The position numbers were made by a program, and so were the translations under genes. Shown here piece after piece: positions 27,501 through 35,655 of a stretch of 64,000 nt of DNA. Within the stretch, counting starts at the first letter, position 1. Each line of letters starts with the position of its first letter. The DNA is taken from assembly GCA_016786495.1 (NCBI GenBank), contig JAEUUJ010000082.1, positions 15,365 through 79,364 on the forward strand. The letters are read 5' to 3'. Origin of the DNA: Cyclobacteriaceae bacterium (GTDB lineage Bacteria > Bacteroidota > Bacteroidia > Cytophagales > Cyclobacteriaceae). The notes below the pieces were generated by a model. The model worked only from the letters and a program-made list of their open reading frames with translations. It searched no databases and was not told the DNA's origin.

Positions 27501-29361
27501 AATCGCTCACGTTAAAACCCTCCACACCGCGCACTACCATGTTTCGCTTTTTGAAATTCAGCGAAGCGTTCGGATAAACCGGAGCCTTGAGGTCGGTTTG
27601 AACGTACGATCCGGAAACGGACTGAATTTTCAAATTGTCGTAGTCGATCTCTCCTTTGTATGCCAGGTATTGCGTGATGGTTTTTTCCTTCACAAGTACC
27701 CGGTCGCCATGTGGCCAATATTCCAATAGTCCCTTCTGTGACAGAAACTCAACGGCCTTTTGAATAGCAAAAATGTCGTAACCGGATTGCTGCGCCAGGT
27801 CGCCGGTATGCAACTCACGCGTATTGTTTCGGATACAAAAGTTTGCCACCAGTGCCAGCGGGTGAAAATCAAATCCCATCCCTTCCAGCGCTTTAAAATC
27901 ATCAGGCCCATAATAATCAACCGACTCCAGAATCATCGGCACGGTAGCACGCGCACCGCGGGTGGAAATGTCAAGACTGTCGGACTTCAAATCCCAGCGG
28001 ATGGAGTGCGCAGAAAAATCCATGTTGAAGAAAGAAGATGAATACGGGGCATTACGCATCAATCCTTTTTCACTCTGCAACAACAGCTTTTGCTTACCGT
28101 AGTCATATTTCATCTGCACCGAATGGTGCGTGAGTGAGTCGTTACCGTGATAGATCGTGAACTGGGCATGGTCAGACAAAACCGTTGAATCTTTGAAGTT
28201 AAACTCGGTGGAGATGGCTTTGAATTTCTTTTCGCTCTCATCGGAAATGATCAGTGTTGACGGATCATTGTTAACGGATACACTCTTGATCTGATTTCCC
28301 CAGAGAGAAAAACCGCCCGAGTAATGCATTTTTTCATCGCCGAACCCCTGGATTTCGAGATTGTTTTGATACGATGTGAACCGGGGGTAGCTGGATGCTA
28401 CGGAATCTTTCCGCGCCTGTGATTTAAACTCAAACTTTCCGGCGATGTAGCCCGGTGTTTTCCCTGCATAGTTCAGGTTAACGAGATCAGCCTTAAGCTC
28501 CGGCCGCTTTGTATTGAAATTGTATACAGTAAAATTGCAGTTAACATCCTGAGGATTCAGCAACGCTGACGACCAGTCGAACTTACCTTCTTCTCCAACA
28601 AAGAGATTATCCGTTAATGAAAAGACTCCTTTGGTGTTACTTAGGAATACGGAGTCATAGGGCGTAACAAAGTTGAGGTTGGTTCCGGTAAACCGGATCA
28701 CGGCTCCCTCCACATTCGGTTGCGGGGCGGGCGTTAGCCAGTAGGGAGGCGGTTCGTGGTAGACAGTATCCACCGGTTCATCAACCCATGTATCATTATT
28801 GTATTGATCATCCGAAGTGGTTGTATCGGGTGGTGGCGGAATAAACTCCAGGTATTCGAAGGTGTAGCTGCCCTCCCGCGCATAGAGCCGGTACGATTTA
28901 TCCGCGAAGAGCGTGTGGCGCTCAAAAAAATCGCGCGATGTGTTAAAGAACGTAAGGGCACGTGCGGGTTTATAGTTTTCGATAACCTTACCTGACACTT
29001 TCAAAAAATCGCCAAGTTGTGTGGCGTCCGACCCTTCAATATTTATCGCTGCCGAAATCGCTCCGAAATACGGCACCAGGTACGGCCGAAGCTTATAACC
29101 CTTCTTGCGCATGATGGTCGTTTGGCGTTTGATAAGCTGCTGCTGATCGAGGCTTATATTATTCCAGGCAGTCGAGAAGCCCGCGCCAACGGCAGTGGCA
29201 TCCAGATTCCGCGTGTTTTCCATCACAATCCGGACACTGTCGGCAAAGCTCATGCTTACCGGGGTATCGTTTTGCCCGAAGCAAACCGATGTAGTTAGCA
29301 GTACCGAGAGAATATGAAAAACAGTCTTTTTCACGCAGTCAAAAACCCCTGAAATTCGCAA
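24580..29361 (-). CDS. Very large exported protein of unknown function (about 1,585-1,593 aa)
   Basis: A single uninterrupted ORF. The start is TTG 29361 or GTG 29334 (KKTVFHILSVLLTTSVCFGQ signal-like). Pro-rich linker, beta-rich body and K/D-rich tail. No family recognised. Confidence 0.8.
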   Translation of the reverse strand: MRISGVFDCVKKTVFHILSVLLTTSVCFGQNDTPVSMSFADSVRIVMENTRNLDATAVGAGFSTAWNNISLDQQQLIKRQTTIMRKKGYKLRPYLVPYFGAISAAINIEGSDATQLGDFLKVSGKVIENYKPARALTFFNTSRDFFERHTLFADKSYRLYAREGSYTFEYLEFIPPPPDTTTSDDQYNNDTWVDEPVDTVYHEPPPYWLTPAPQPNVEGAVIRFTGTNLNFVTPYDSVFLSNTKGVFSLTDNLFVGEEGKFDWSSALLNPQDVNCNFTVYNFNTKRPELKADLVNLNYAGKTPGYIAGKFEFKSQARKDSVASSYPRFTSYQNNLEIQGFGDEKMHYSGGFSLWGNQIKSVSVNNDPSTLIISDESEKKFKAISTEFNFKDSTVLSDHAQFTIYHGNDSLTHHSVQMKYDYGKQKLLLQSEKGLMRNAPYSSSFFNMDFSAHSIRWDLKSDSLDISTRGARATVPMILESVDYYGPDDFKALEGMGFDFHPLALVANFCIRNNTRELHTGDLAQQSGYDIFAIQKAVEFLSQKGLLEYWPHGDRVLVKEKTITQYLAYKGEIDYDNLKIQSVSGSYVQTDLKAPVYPNASLNFKKRNMVVRGVEGFNVSDSLNVYIKPDSSTITVLQNRDIKFDGTITAGNFEITGKQFTLKYDSFFISLDKIDSINFYSMEKNARGQMVRKKINNSMVGADSTAAAAGGMSNAAKTSGTLYINRPNNRSGKEKIPNYPRLDAAAGGVIYFDRPEILNGVYDRSVFFVVPPFKLDSLNDADPASLNFDGSFVSSGMFPSFKEKLHSMPDKSLGFEHNVPKSGYQLYKGDGKLFGTIRLDKKGLRSPGKIEYLAATVYSDDFVFYPDSVSSKGARATISQKQFGAVLFPEASLPKYQMKWFPKQDQMKIRNTDVPFNFYDSTAQFTGTLTISKSGVAAIGKLETRGSELRSRQMSFTGNDFSARHASFKAKSDDALKPLIDGTDVRVKFNLEKNYADISPEVEGVAAIDFPFAQFKTSIPKAQWDLNTQKITMTKNPDVPIENSYFYTTRADLDSLAFNAEKAVYDLKTQEMRVSGIPYITVADARITPENGEVLILENARIETLKNTTIILDTLNGYHRLTEGVVDIFSRNEFAGYATYQYVNFLKDTFAIKMTDFHLEPVVETEQSKRFQRRKTMASMQTVGVGHVAEEDKLVLGAGMFYKGDLTMFATKPALQLTGFVKLDLKKIKNYNAWIQYSQSGDEPEVLINFDNALTEEGKKVDAGLHFSAQENDLYITFLNDKGEDDDDFFVPTGTLYYDTASREYKIEDREKSAGNKLSGKVFAYNDETSQIRFEGPVNLFKGTKDFTVTASALGSGNVQTNDIRMNSLVIVNTTVIPPAFDLMAQDLIAVIQNEGADEGRGDQTELLYKIADIVGERNAKDFETRSAQGYVSLGTMAETAKALTFANVNLKWSVSHKAFYSEGPLGISNSYRNDINGAFEGFMEIKKTEDGASVFNVFFKASPESWYYFGFEDNRLLMYSSNENFNTVVAKKTNSGKAKIGEVVFVPGSEEETKAFINRFRLEYLGIEVPYSLSDGPSDKKKGDQKKDDKDGF

Positions 29362-29512
29362 ATAATGCCGAAATAAGCTAAAACCGGGTATCCCGTTAAT
29401 TATTAATGACTATAACGTGAAATTCATCACCATGTGTTGGTTCCGGTCATAAGAATTCCGCTGGCATCGCATCGGCCTAATGTGTATTCTTATAGTACGT
29501 TATCTCAACCAC

Positions 29513-31240
29513 ATGCTTGCAAAAACAGTACAGGTAAACTCAGGGGGCAAAGAAAAAAATACATACGATGCCATTGTGATCGGTTCGGGTATTTCGGGCG
29601 GCTGGGCGGCAAAGGAATTGTGTGAACTTGGATTGAAAACGCTAGTGCTTGAGCGCGGACGGGATGTTCAGCACCTGAAAGATTACCCGACCATGATGAA
29701 AAAGCCGTGGGAACTTCCGCACCGCGGCCGCATGTCGAACCAGTTTCTGAAAGAAAATCCGCTCATCAGCAAAGCGGCTGGCTTTGGGGAAGATACCGCA
29801 CACTTCTTTATTCAGGATAAGGATCATCCTTATGTGCAGGATAAACCGTTTGATTGGATTCGCGGCTATCAGGTTGGTGGCAAATCTCTGATCTGGGGAC
29901 GCGCCTGCCAGCGCTGGAGCAAGCATGAGTTTGAAGCGCCCGCCAAACTCGGGTACGGAATCGATTGGCCGATCCGCTATGAAGATGTTGCGCCCTGGTA
30001 TTCGCATGTTGAAAAGTTTATCGGTGTTTGCGGAAATAAAGACGGCATCGAATCGATGCCCGATGGTGAATTTCTTCCGCCTTTCGAATTCAATTGTGTG
30101 GAGAATCACATGAAGCAAACGCTTTTAAAAGAGTATAAAAACAGATTTTTGGTTCAGGGACGGTGGGCACATTTGTCGCAACCCAACGAAATCCATCTCA
30201 AGCAAGGTCGGGGTCAGTGCCAGGCACGCAACCTGTGCATGCGGGGCTGTCCGTACGGATCGTATTTCAGCTCCAACTCTACTACATTGCCATGGGCCGC
30301 AAAAACCGGTAATCTTACCGTGCGGCCGTTTTCGGTTGTTCATTCTATTATATACGATGACCAAAAAGGGAACGCTGCCGGTGTACGCATCATCGACTCG
30401 AACACCAAAGAAATAACAGAATATTTTTCACGGATTACTTTTCTGAACGCATCTGCCCTAAACAGTAATCTTGTTTTGCTGAACTCAACCAGCAACCGAT
30501 TCCCCAATGGGTTGGGTAACGACAGCGATACACTCGGCAAATACATAGGCTTTCATCTTTATCGTGGATTTGTTAACGCATCGTTCGAAGGTTTCACCGA
30601 CAAATACTATTACGTTCGAAATCCAACGGAAGGAATTCTTGCCAACTACCGCAACCTCGGCAAACAGGAAATGGACTATGTTGGCGGGTTCACCACATTC
30701 TCGGCAGCGTATCGCACGCGCGCATCGCAGCCGGCCGACAAGCCGCAGTTGGGTGCCGACTACAAAGATGCCATCAGCAAACCAGGCCCGTGGGAAATGT
30801 ATATGTACATGCAGGGCGAAACGGTTCCCAAGAAGACCAATCACGTCCGCCTAAGCGAAACAGAAAAAGATCAGTGGGGCATTCCTCTTCTGGTGACTTC
30901 CGTAGGATATGACGACAACGATGAGAAGATGGTTAAAGACTTTCTGGAGCAAAGTCAGGAGATGCTTACCAAAGCCGGCGGAAAAATTCTGAATGCGATT
31001 GACAACAAACAACCGCCCGGACTTGATATTCATGAGATGGGTGGCGTACGGATGGGCCGCGATCCTAAAACTTCGATGCTTAACGAGTGGAATCAGCTTC
31101 ATCATTGCAAAAACGTTTTTGTTACGGATGGCGCGTGCATGACCAGCACAGGAAATCAAAGCCCCTCTATTTTATACATGACATTAACCGCACGGGCAGC
31201 TAACCACGCGGTGGAAGAAATGAAAAAAGGAAATTTATGA
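29513..31240 (+). CDS. GMC-family FAD oxidoreductase, large subunit (gluconate 2-dehydrogenase flavoprotein-like)
   Basis: Trimmed to ATG 29513. FAD fold YDAIVIGSGISGGWAAKEL. C-terminal HEMGGVRMG...VTDGA. No signal peptide. Confidence 0.85.
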   Translation: MLAKTVQVNSGGKEKNTYDAIVIGSGISGGWAAKELCELGLKTLVLERGRDVQHLKDYPTMMKKPWELPHRGRMSNQFLKENPLISKAAGFGEDTAHFFIQDKDHPYVQDKPFDWIRGYQVGGKSLIWGRACQRWSKHEFEAPAKLGYGIDWPIRYEDVAPWYSHVEKFIGVCGNKDGIESMPDGEFLPPFEFNCVENHMKQTLLKEYKNRFLVQGRWAHLSQPNEIHLKQGRGQCQARNLCMRGCPYGSYFSSNSTTLPWAAKTGNLTVRPFSVVHSIIYDDQKGNAAGVRIIDSNTKEITEYFSRITFLNASALNSNLVLLNSTSNRFPNGLGNDSDTLGKYIGFHLYRGFVNASFEGFTDKYYYVRNPTEGILANYRNLGKQEMDYVGGFTTFSAAYRTRASQPADKPQLGADYKDAISKPGPWEMYMYMQGETVPKKTNHVRLSETEKDQWGIPLLVTSVGYDDNDEKMVKDFLEQSQEMLTKAGGKILNAIDNKQPPGLDIHEMGGVRMGRDPKTSMLNEWNQLHHCKNVFVTDGACMTSTGNQSPSILYMTLTARAANHAVEEMKKGNL

Positions 31241-31800
31241 ACCGGAGAGAAGCACTTGCGGCAACGGCGACCTTGTTAGGTGTAACGATTACCGGTGCGC
31301 AGATTTTTCTAAGCGGTTGCACGCCCGCAGAAAAGAACATTGGCTCACTGAACGACATCGATTCCGATCTCCTCGATGAAATTGGCGACACCATTCTTCC
31401 GGAATCGGCCTCTTCGCCCGGCGCAAAGGCGGCCCGCATCGGTGCGTTCATGAAAACCATCGTGGCAGATTGTTATTCTGAAATCGAACAAAAAACATTT
31501 GTAGATGGTGTGAACAAGTTGATCGCGTTGTGTCGCGAAACGTATCGCGATAGCTTCCTGAATCTCTCTGCTGATAAAAAGCTGGAGCTACTCACAAAAC
31601 TCGACCACGAAGCATCGGCTTTCAACCAATCAAAAAAAGAAGAAGAGCCTGATCATTATTTTTCCATGGTGAAGCAGTTGACCTTATGGGGATATTTCAC
31701 TTCAGAGCCTGGCGCAACACAGGCACTTCGGTATGTTCCGATTCCGGGAAGGTATGACGGATGTGTTGATTACACAGGCGAGCCTGCGTGGCTGTACTAA
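31237..31800 (+). CDS. Gluconate 2-dehydrogenase subunit 3-like small subunit with Tat signal
   Basis: MNRREALAATATLLGVTITGAQ carries a twin-arginine motif. ATGA overlap with the upstream GMC gene. 187 aa. Confidence 0.75.
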   Translation: MNRREALAATATLLGVTITGAQIFLSGCTPAEKNIGSLNDIDSDLLDEIGDTILPESASSPGAKAARIGAFMKTIVADCYSEIEQKTFVDGVNKLIALCRETYRDSFLNLSADKKLELLTKLDHEASAFNQSKKEEEPDHYFSMVKQLTLWGYFTSEPGATQALRYVPIPGRYDGCVDYTGEPAWLY

Positions 31801-32627
31801 GATTTCTTCAGCAGCAACGAAACCCACTTTTCGCGTTCGTGCGATTTTACCTGCATGAGTGTGTATTGATTGGCCGACTTCAACAAATCAGGAATATCCT
31901 GATCGTAAAATCCGCTTAGCAATAACAATCCGTCCGGCTTCAGATAGGCTGCATACTGATGCATTTCCTGGAGCAGGATGTTTTTATTGATGTTGGCGAG
32001 AATAATATCGAAGTCATCTTCGAATGTGAGGTCACTGATTTTACCCTGACGGATGTTGATGTTGTCGCAGTTATTGACTTCAGCGTTCTCCTTCCCATTG
32101 ATTACACTCCACTCATCAATATCAAACGCTTCAATCTTTTTTGCGCCAAGCTTCGAGGCCATGATGGCCAGCACTGCAGTTCCACACCCGGCATCCATCA
32201 CAACTTTATTCGCGTGATCCATTTCGAGTTGTGTTTTTACCATCAAATGGGTTGTCTGGTGATGGCCTGTTCCAAACGACATCTTCGGGGTAATGATAAT
32301 ATCGTGCGGATAGTTTTTGGCGGGTTGATGAAAGCCCGCACGAATGATTACGCGGTCGTCAACAATAACGGGTTCATAGTTTTTCTCCCACTCCTCATTC
32401 CAGTTCTTCTTTTCAATCTTATCCTGATAAAATGTGAGGGGAGTAAGGGCGCTGTATCGTTGCTGGATTTCGTGAAGGATATTTTTGTCGAAGTTTTCCT
32501 GTTCGGCATACGCCTCAAAGCCATTCTCAATTTCCATGAACGTATCGAACCCGGCTTCGGAAATTTCAGCCTGAAGGATTTCAGAAAATTCAGAATCGCA
32601 GATTACCTGCAGCCGCGTGTAATACAT
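31797..32627 (-). CDS. prmA: Ribosomal protein L11 methyltransferase
   Basis: FGTGHHQTT and the SAM motif DAGCGTAVLAI. 276 aa. Confidence 0.9.
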   Translation of the reverse strand: MYYTRLQVICDSEFSEILQAEISEAGFDTFMEIENGFEAYAEQENFDKNILHEIQQRYSALTPLTFYQDKIEKKNWNEEWEKNYEPVIVDDRVIIRAGFHQPAKNYPHDIIITPKMSFGTGHHQTTHLMVKTQLEMDHANKVVMDAGCGTAVLAIMASKLGAKKIEAFDIDEWSVINGKENAEVNNCDNINIRQGKISDLTFEDDFDIILANINKNILLQEMHQYAAYLKPDGLLLLSGFYDQDIPDLLKSANQYTLMQVKSHEREKWVSLLLKKS

Positions 32628-32644
32628 GGGGTGGCCGGTATTGA

Positions 32645-33406
32645 TTAAATCGCTTTTACGATTTCTGTAAACTCGCGCGACTTGAGAGAAGCTCCGCCCA
32701 CCAGGCCGCCATCCACATCAGGATTCGCAAATAATTCTTTTGCATTTGCTGCATTCACACTGCCGCCATAAAGAATGGAAATATCGTCTGCGGTTGACTG
32801 GCCGTACTTGCCGGCAATATGTTTACGAATTACTGCGTGCATTTCCTGCGCCTGTTGTGCAGTAGCCGTTTTTCCGGTGCCGATCGCCCAAACGGGTTCG
32901 TAGGCAATTACCACTTTCCTAAGGTCATCGGCCGATAAATGAAACAGGCTTTCTTCAACCTGCTGCTTCACCAGTTGTTCATGAGTTCCCTTTTCGCGGA
33001 TTTCCAAAAGTTCGCCACAGCAAAAAATGGGTGACAGGCCGTTCTTCAGGGCTACATCAACCTTCTTCGCGAGCAGTTTTCCATCTTCTCCAAAATATTG
33101 TCTGCGCTCGCTGTGACCGAGGATCACATACGGAATATCCATCGACTTCAACATGACGGCCGATGTTTCACCGGTATAAGCCCCCGATTCGTGCTCACTG
33201 CAATTCTGTGCAGCAACCGATATGCGGGTATTGTTTCCAACAATTGTTTTAACCGACTGGAGATACGGGAACGGAGTACAGAAAATTACCTTTACGTCTC
33301 CGTTAACTTCATCGTTAACCATGCCCAGTACTTCCGAAGCAAGTGTATTCGCTTCCTGAAGTGTTTTGTTCATTTTCCAGTTTCCGGCTACAATCTTTTT
33401 ACGCAT
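32645..33406 (-). CDS. tpiA: Triosephosphate isomerase
   Basis: AGNWKMN, ILGHSERR and AYEPVWAIGTG. Confidence 0.96.
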   Translation of the reverse strand: MRKKIVAGNWKMNKTLQEANTLASEVLGMVNDEVNGDVKVIFCTPFPYLQSVKTIVGNNTRISVAAQNCSEHESGAYTGETSAVMLKSMDIPYVILGHSERRQYFGEDGKLLAKKVDVALKNGLSPIFCCGELLEIREKGTHEQLVKQQVEESLFHLSADDLRKVVIAYEPVWAIGTGKTATAQQAQEMHAVIRKHIAGKYGQSTADDISILYGGSVNAANAKELFANPDVDGGLVGGASLKSREFTEIVKAI

Positions 33407-33452
33407 ATCTTATTTTTTAGAGAGCGCAAAGATACGCTGCCGGGTGAAAAAA

Positions 33453-34466
33453 TCACTTTCGCACGGGCTTGTATTTGGATTCTTCAAAGATCTTATCCGG
33501 ATTTCCGCTTTTCATCAGTTCCGGTAACGTTTGATCGGGGTTGTTTTTCATGTAGCTCTTTACAATCTGCCAGCCAACCCATTGTCCGATCCGGCCCGGG
33601 CACTCCGTTCCAACCTCCGTTGTTTTCGGCCGCTCGCCCAGATAGCGTTGTTTCAGCAAATGACTGGTGGAGTACAATAGTTTGTCTTCAATAAATCGCG
33701 CCCAGATCAGATCCTGATTGTCCCGCGCACCTTCAATTTCCTGCGATGAATACCAAATGAACACACTGTCGGGTGTGCAGGGAACAATTTGCTTGGCGAA
33801 GTAAAACGATTTGCCATACGCAATCATGTCGGCTAACGCTGTTTTGTTAGCTTCATCAATTACGTTGATGCGTGCATCGATGCCGAAAAGCAACATCGTT
33901 GACGGAACAATACTTTCAGGGTTGTATTGCCGCAGCATGTACTCGTACATGTTTGGTCGGAACCGTGCGCCTTTGCCAAGATAATAGTCGAGCCCCACGA
34001 TAATCAGTGAGTCGCTTACATACATATCGGTCTCGAAACCACTGATCGCTGTTTCGATACGCGGAATATAAATTTCGGGGAAATAGTATTTCAGATTTTT
34101 AAATGCCTGCGTGAATTCCTCCTTCAGCTTCTCCTCATTGCCAAACACGCGCTTTACCTCCATCGCCAGTGTATCGAACGACTTGTGGGTGAACCTTCGG
34201 TACAGTTCATTAATAAAAGCTGAGTCGTTGGGATACTGCTGACGCTTGAAGAATAGCTCGCGCAAGGCTTTATGATTGTCGAGAATCTTTACCAGCTCTG
34301 CTTTCGATTTGACCCCGGTAAGGGAGTCGGACAATGACGTCAGCGACAACTGTACATTGATGGTTGACGTTTCCGGCACAAAGGCACAGCCTTGCTCGTC
34401 ATCTTCACTTCCGCATGACGAGAGAAAAAGCGAACCAAGCAACAAAAAAGGCAGAACGTATTTCAT
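33453..34466 (-). CDS. gldB: Gliding-motility lipoprotein GldB-like (DUF2268-type)
   Basis: Lipobox LFLSSCGS. The C-terminal PGRIGQWVGWQIVKSYMKNN...IFEESKYKP matches my recollection of the GldB C-terminus. Confidence 0.65.
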   Translation of the reverse strand: MKYVLPFLLLGSLFLSSCGSEDDEQGCAFVPETSTINVQLSLTSLSDSLTGVKSKAELVKILDNHKALRELFFKRQQYPNDSAFINELYRRFTHKSFDTLAMEVKRVFGNEEKLKEEFTQAFKNLKYYFPEIYIPRIETAISGFETDMYVSDSLIIVGLDYYLGKGARFRPNMYEYMLRQYNPESIVPSTMLLFGIDARINVIDEANKTALADMIAYGKSFYFAKQIVPCTPDSVFIWYSSQEIEGARDNQDLIWARFIEDKLLYSTSHLLKQRYLGERPKTTEVGTECPGRIGQWVGWQIVKSYMKNNPDQTLPELMKSGNPDKIFEESKYKPVRK

Positions 34467-34483
34467 GAGGGTATTTGTATGAG

Positions 34484-34969
34484 TTACTCGAACGTCAATT
34501 TGCCGGAAGGATTGCTCCGCATCAGCCGTAAACTTTTGGTGGTTTCCCCGAGCGTTACATTGATGAGGTTCGACTGATCATCGTAGAGTTCGGTGATGAT
34601 GCTGTTGGTGACGCTGATTGCTTCAAATTTCTGCATGGGCTGAACCTGAATGTAAAACACCGTTACATCTTCGTCTTTTTCGTGGCCCAGGTATTTCAGG
34701 TTCAACACTTCTCCGCCTGACGTGAGTTTAAACTTGGGCTGAAGATACTCCCACGCAAGTTTATCGGTTGTTGTTTTGCCCGGGCTCCACAGATTCAGGT
34801 CGGGATTCTTTCTTTCGCTCCGGATTGCTTGTTCCAGGTCGTCCGTGAAAACGCGGATCATAATCTCAAGCTCGTTCTCTTTCTCGTCAAGCGATATTTC
34901 CGTAACCGAAATATGCAGCGGATGAACTACCGTTAGAACCGTGATTAAAAAAAACGACAGAAATGGCAT
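34484..34969 (-). CDS. DUF6702-like exported protein
   Basis: The HPLHISVTEISLDEKENELEIMIRVFTDDLE opening is typical of the family usually found beside HupE/UreJ_2 genes. Recalled, not searched. Confidence 0.55.
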   Translation of the reverse strand: MPFLSFFLITVLTVVHPLHISVTEISLDEKENELEIMIRVFTDDLEQAIRSERKNPDLNLWSPGKTTTDKLAWEYLQPKFKLTSGGEVLNLKYLGHEKDEDVTVFYIQVQPMQKFEAISVTNSIITELYDDQSNLINVTLGETTKSLRLMRSNPSGKLTFE

Positions 34970-35054
34970 CTCGCGTTATCAGTTGAATATTCGGGTCATA
35001 AAATTAGCTAATAAAACCCGTATACTTGTAAATTGGATTTACCGAACTGACTCT

Positions 35055-35639
35055 ATGAGCCAATTTGAGTTGTACTTTAAAATCGGCAAGGAACATATTC
35101 TGGATTACAAAGATGGGTATGATCACATTCTGTTCATTGTAGCGCTTTGTGCAGTTTACCTGATGCGCGACTGGAAAAAAATCCTGATCCTGGTAACGGC
35201 TTTTACGATTGGTCACTCCATAACCCTCGCGCTTGCTACGCTTGAAATCATATCGGTCAATCAGAAGCTGATTGAATTCCTGATTCCGGTGACCATTTTT
35301 ATTACCGCTACCTCCAACATTTTCCGGTCAACGGAGCTCTCCGACCGAACCACCTATGTTAATTATGGCTATGCGTTGTTTTTCGGACTGATTCACGGGC
35401 TGGGGTTTTCTAACAATTTAAAAGCGATACTCAGCGAGCGAAGCAACATTGCAAAACCGCTATTTGCCTTTAATGTAGGATTGGAGTTAGGTCAGATAAT
35501 TATCGTTAGCATCTTCCTGATTATATCCTTTATTTTAGTTGATCTTTTTACCGTAAACCGAAGAGACTGGAAAATGGTCCTGTCGGCCGTAATTGCCGGG
35601 ATGGCGCTGCTGCTGATCAAAGACAGAATTTTCTGGTGA
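35055..35639 (+). CDS. HupE/UreJ-family membrane protein (194 aa)
   Basis: Trimmed to ATG 35055. HILDYKDGYDHILFIVALC..FTIGHSITLA..GLIHGLGFS..ELGQ, about 6 TM. Confidence 0.7.
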   Translation: MSQFELYFKIGKEHILDYKDGYDHILFIVALCAVYLMRDWKKILILVTAFTIGHSITLALATLEIISVNQKLIEFLIPVTIFITATSNIFRSTELSDRTTYVNYGYALFFGLIHGLGFSNNLKAILSERSNIAKPLFAFNVGLELGQIIIVSIFLIISFILVDLFTVNRRDWKMVLSAVIAGMALLLIKDRIFW

Positions 35640-35655
35640 TTCAAAACCTGTTACT

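Noticed and set aside
29642-30118. Long antisense or out-of-frame ORFs inside real genes (also 17253..17636, 35671..36117, 36148..36573, 42319..42678, 53806..54363, 9491..10055 and others)
   Set aside because: Each lies wholly within a gene that has clear family motifs on the other strand or frame. Their products have no motifs and skewed composition, which is typical of shadow ORFs.
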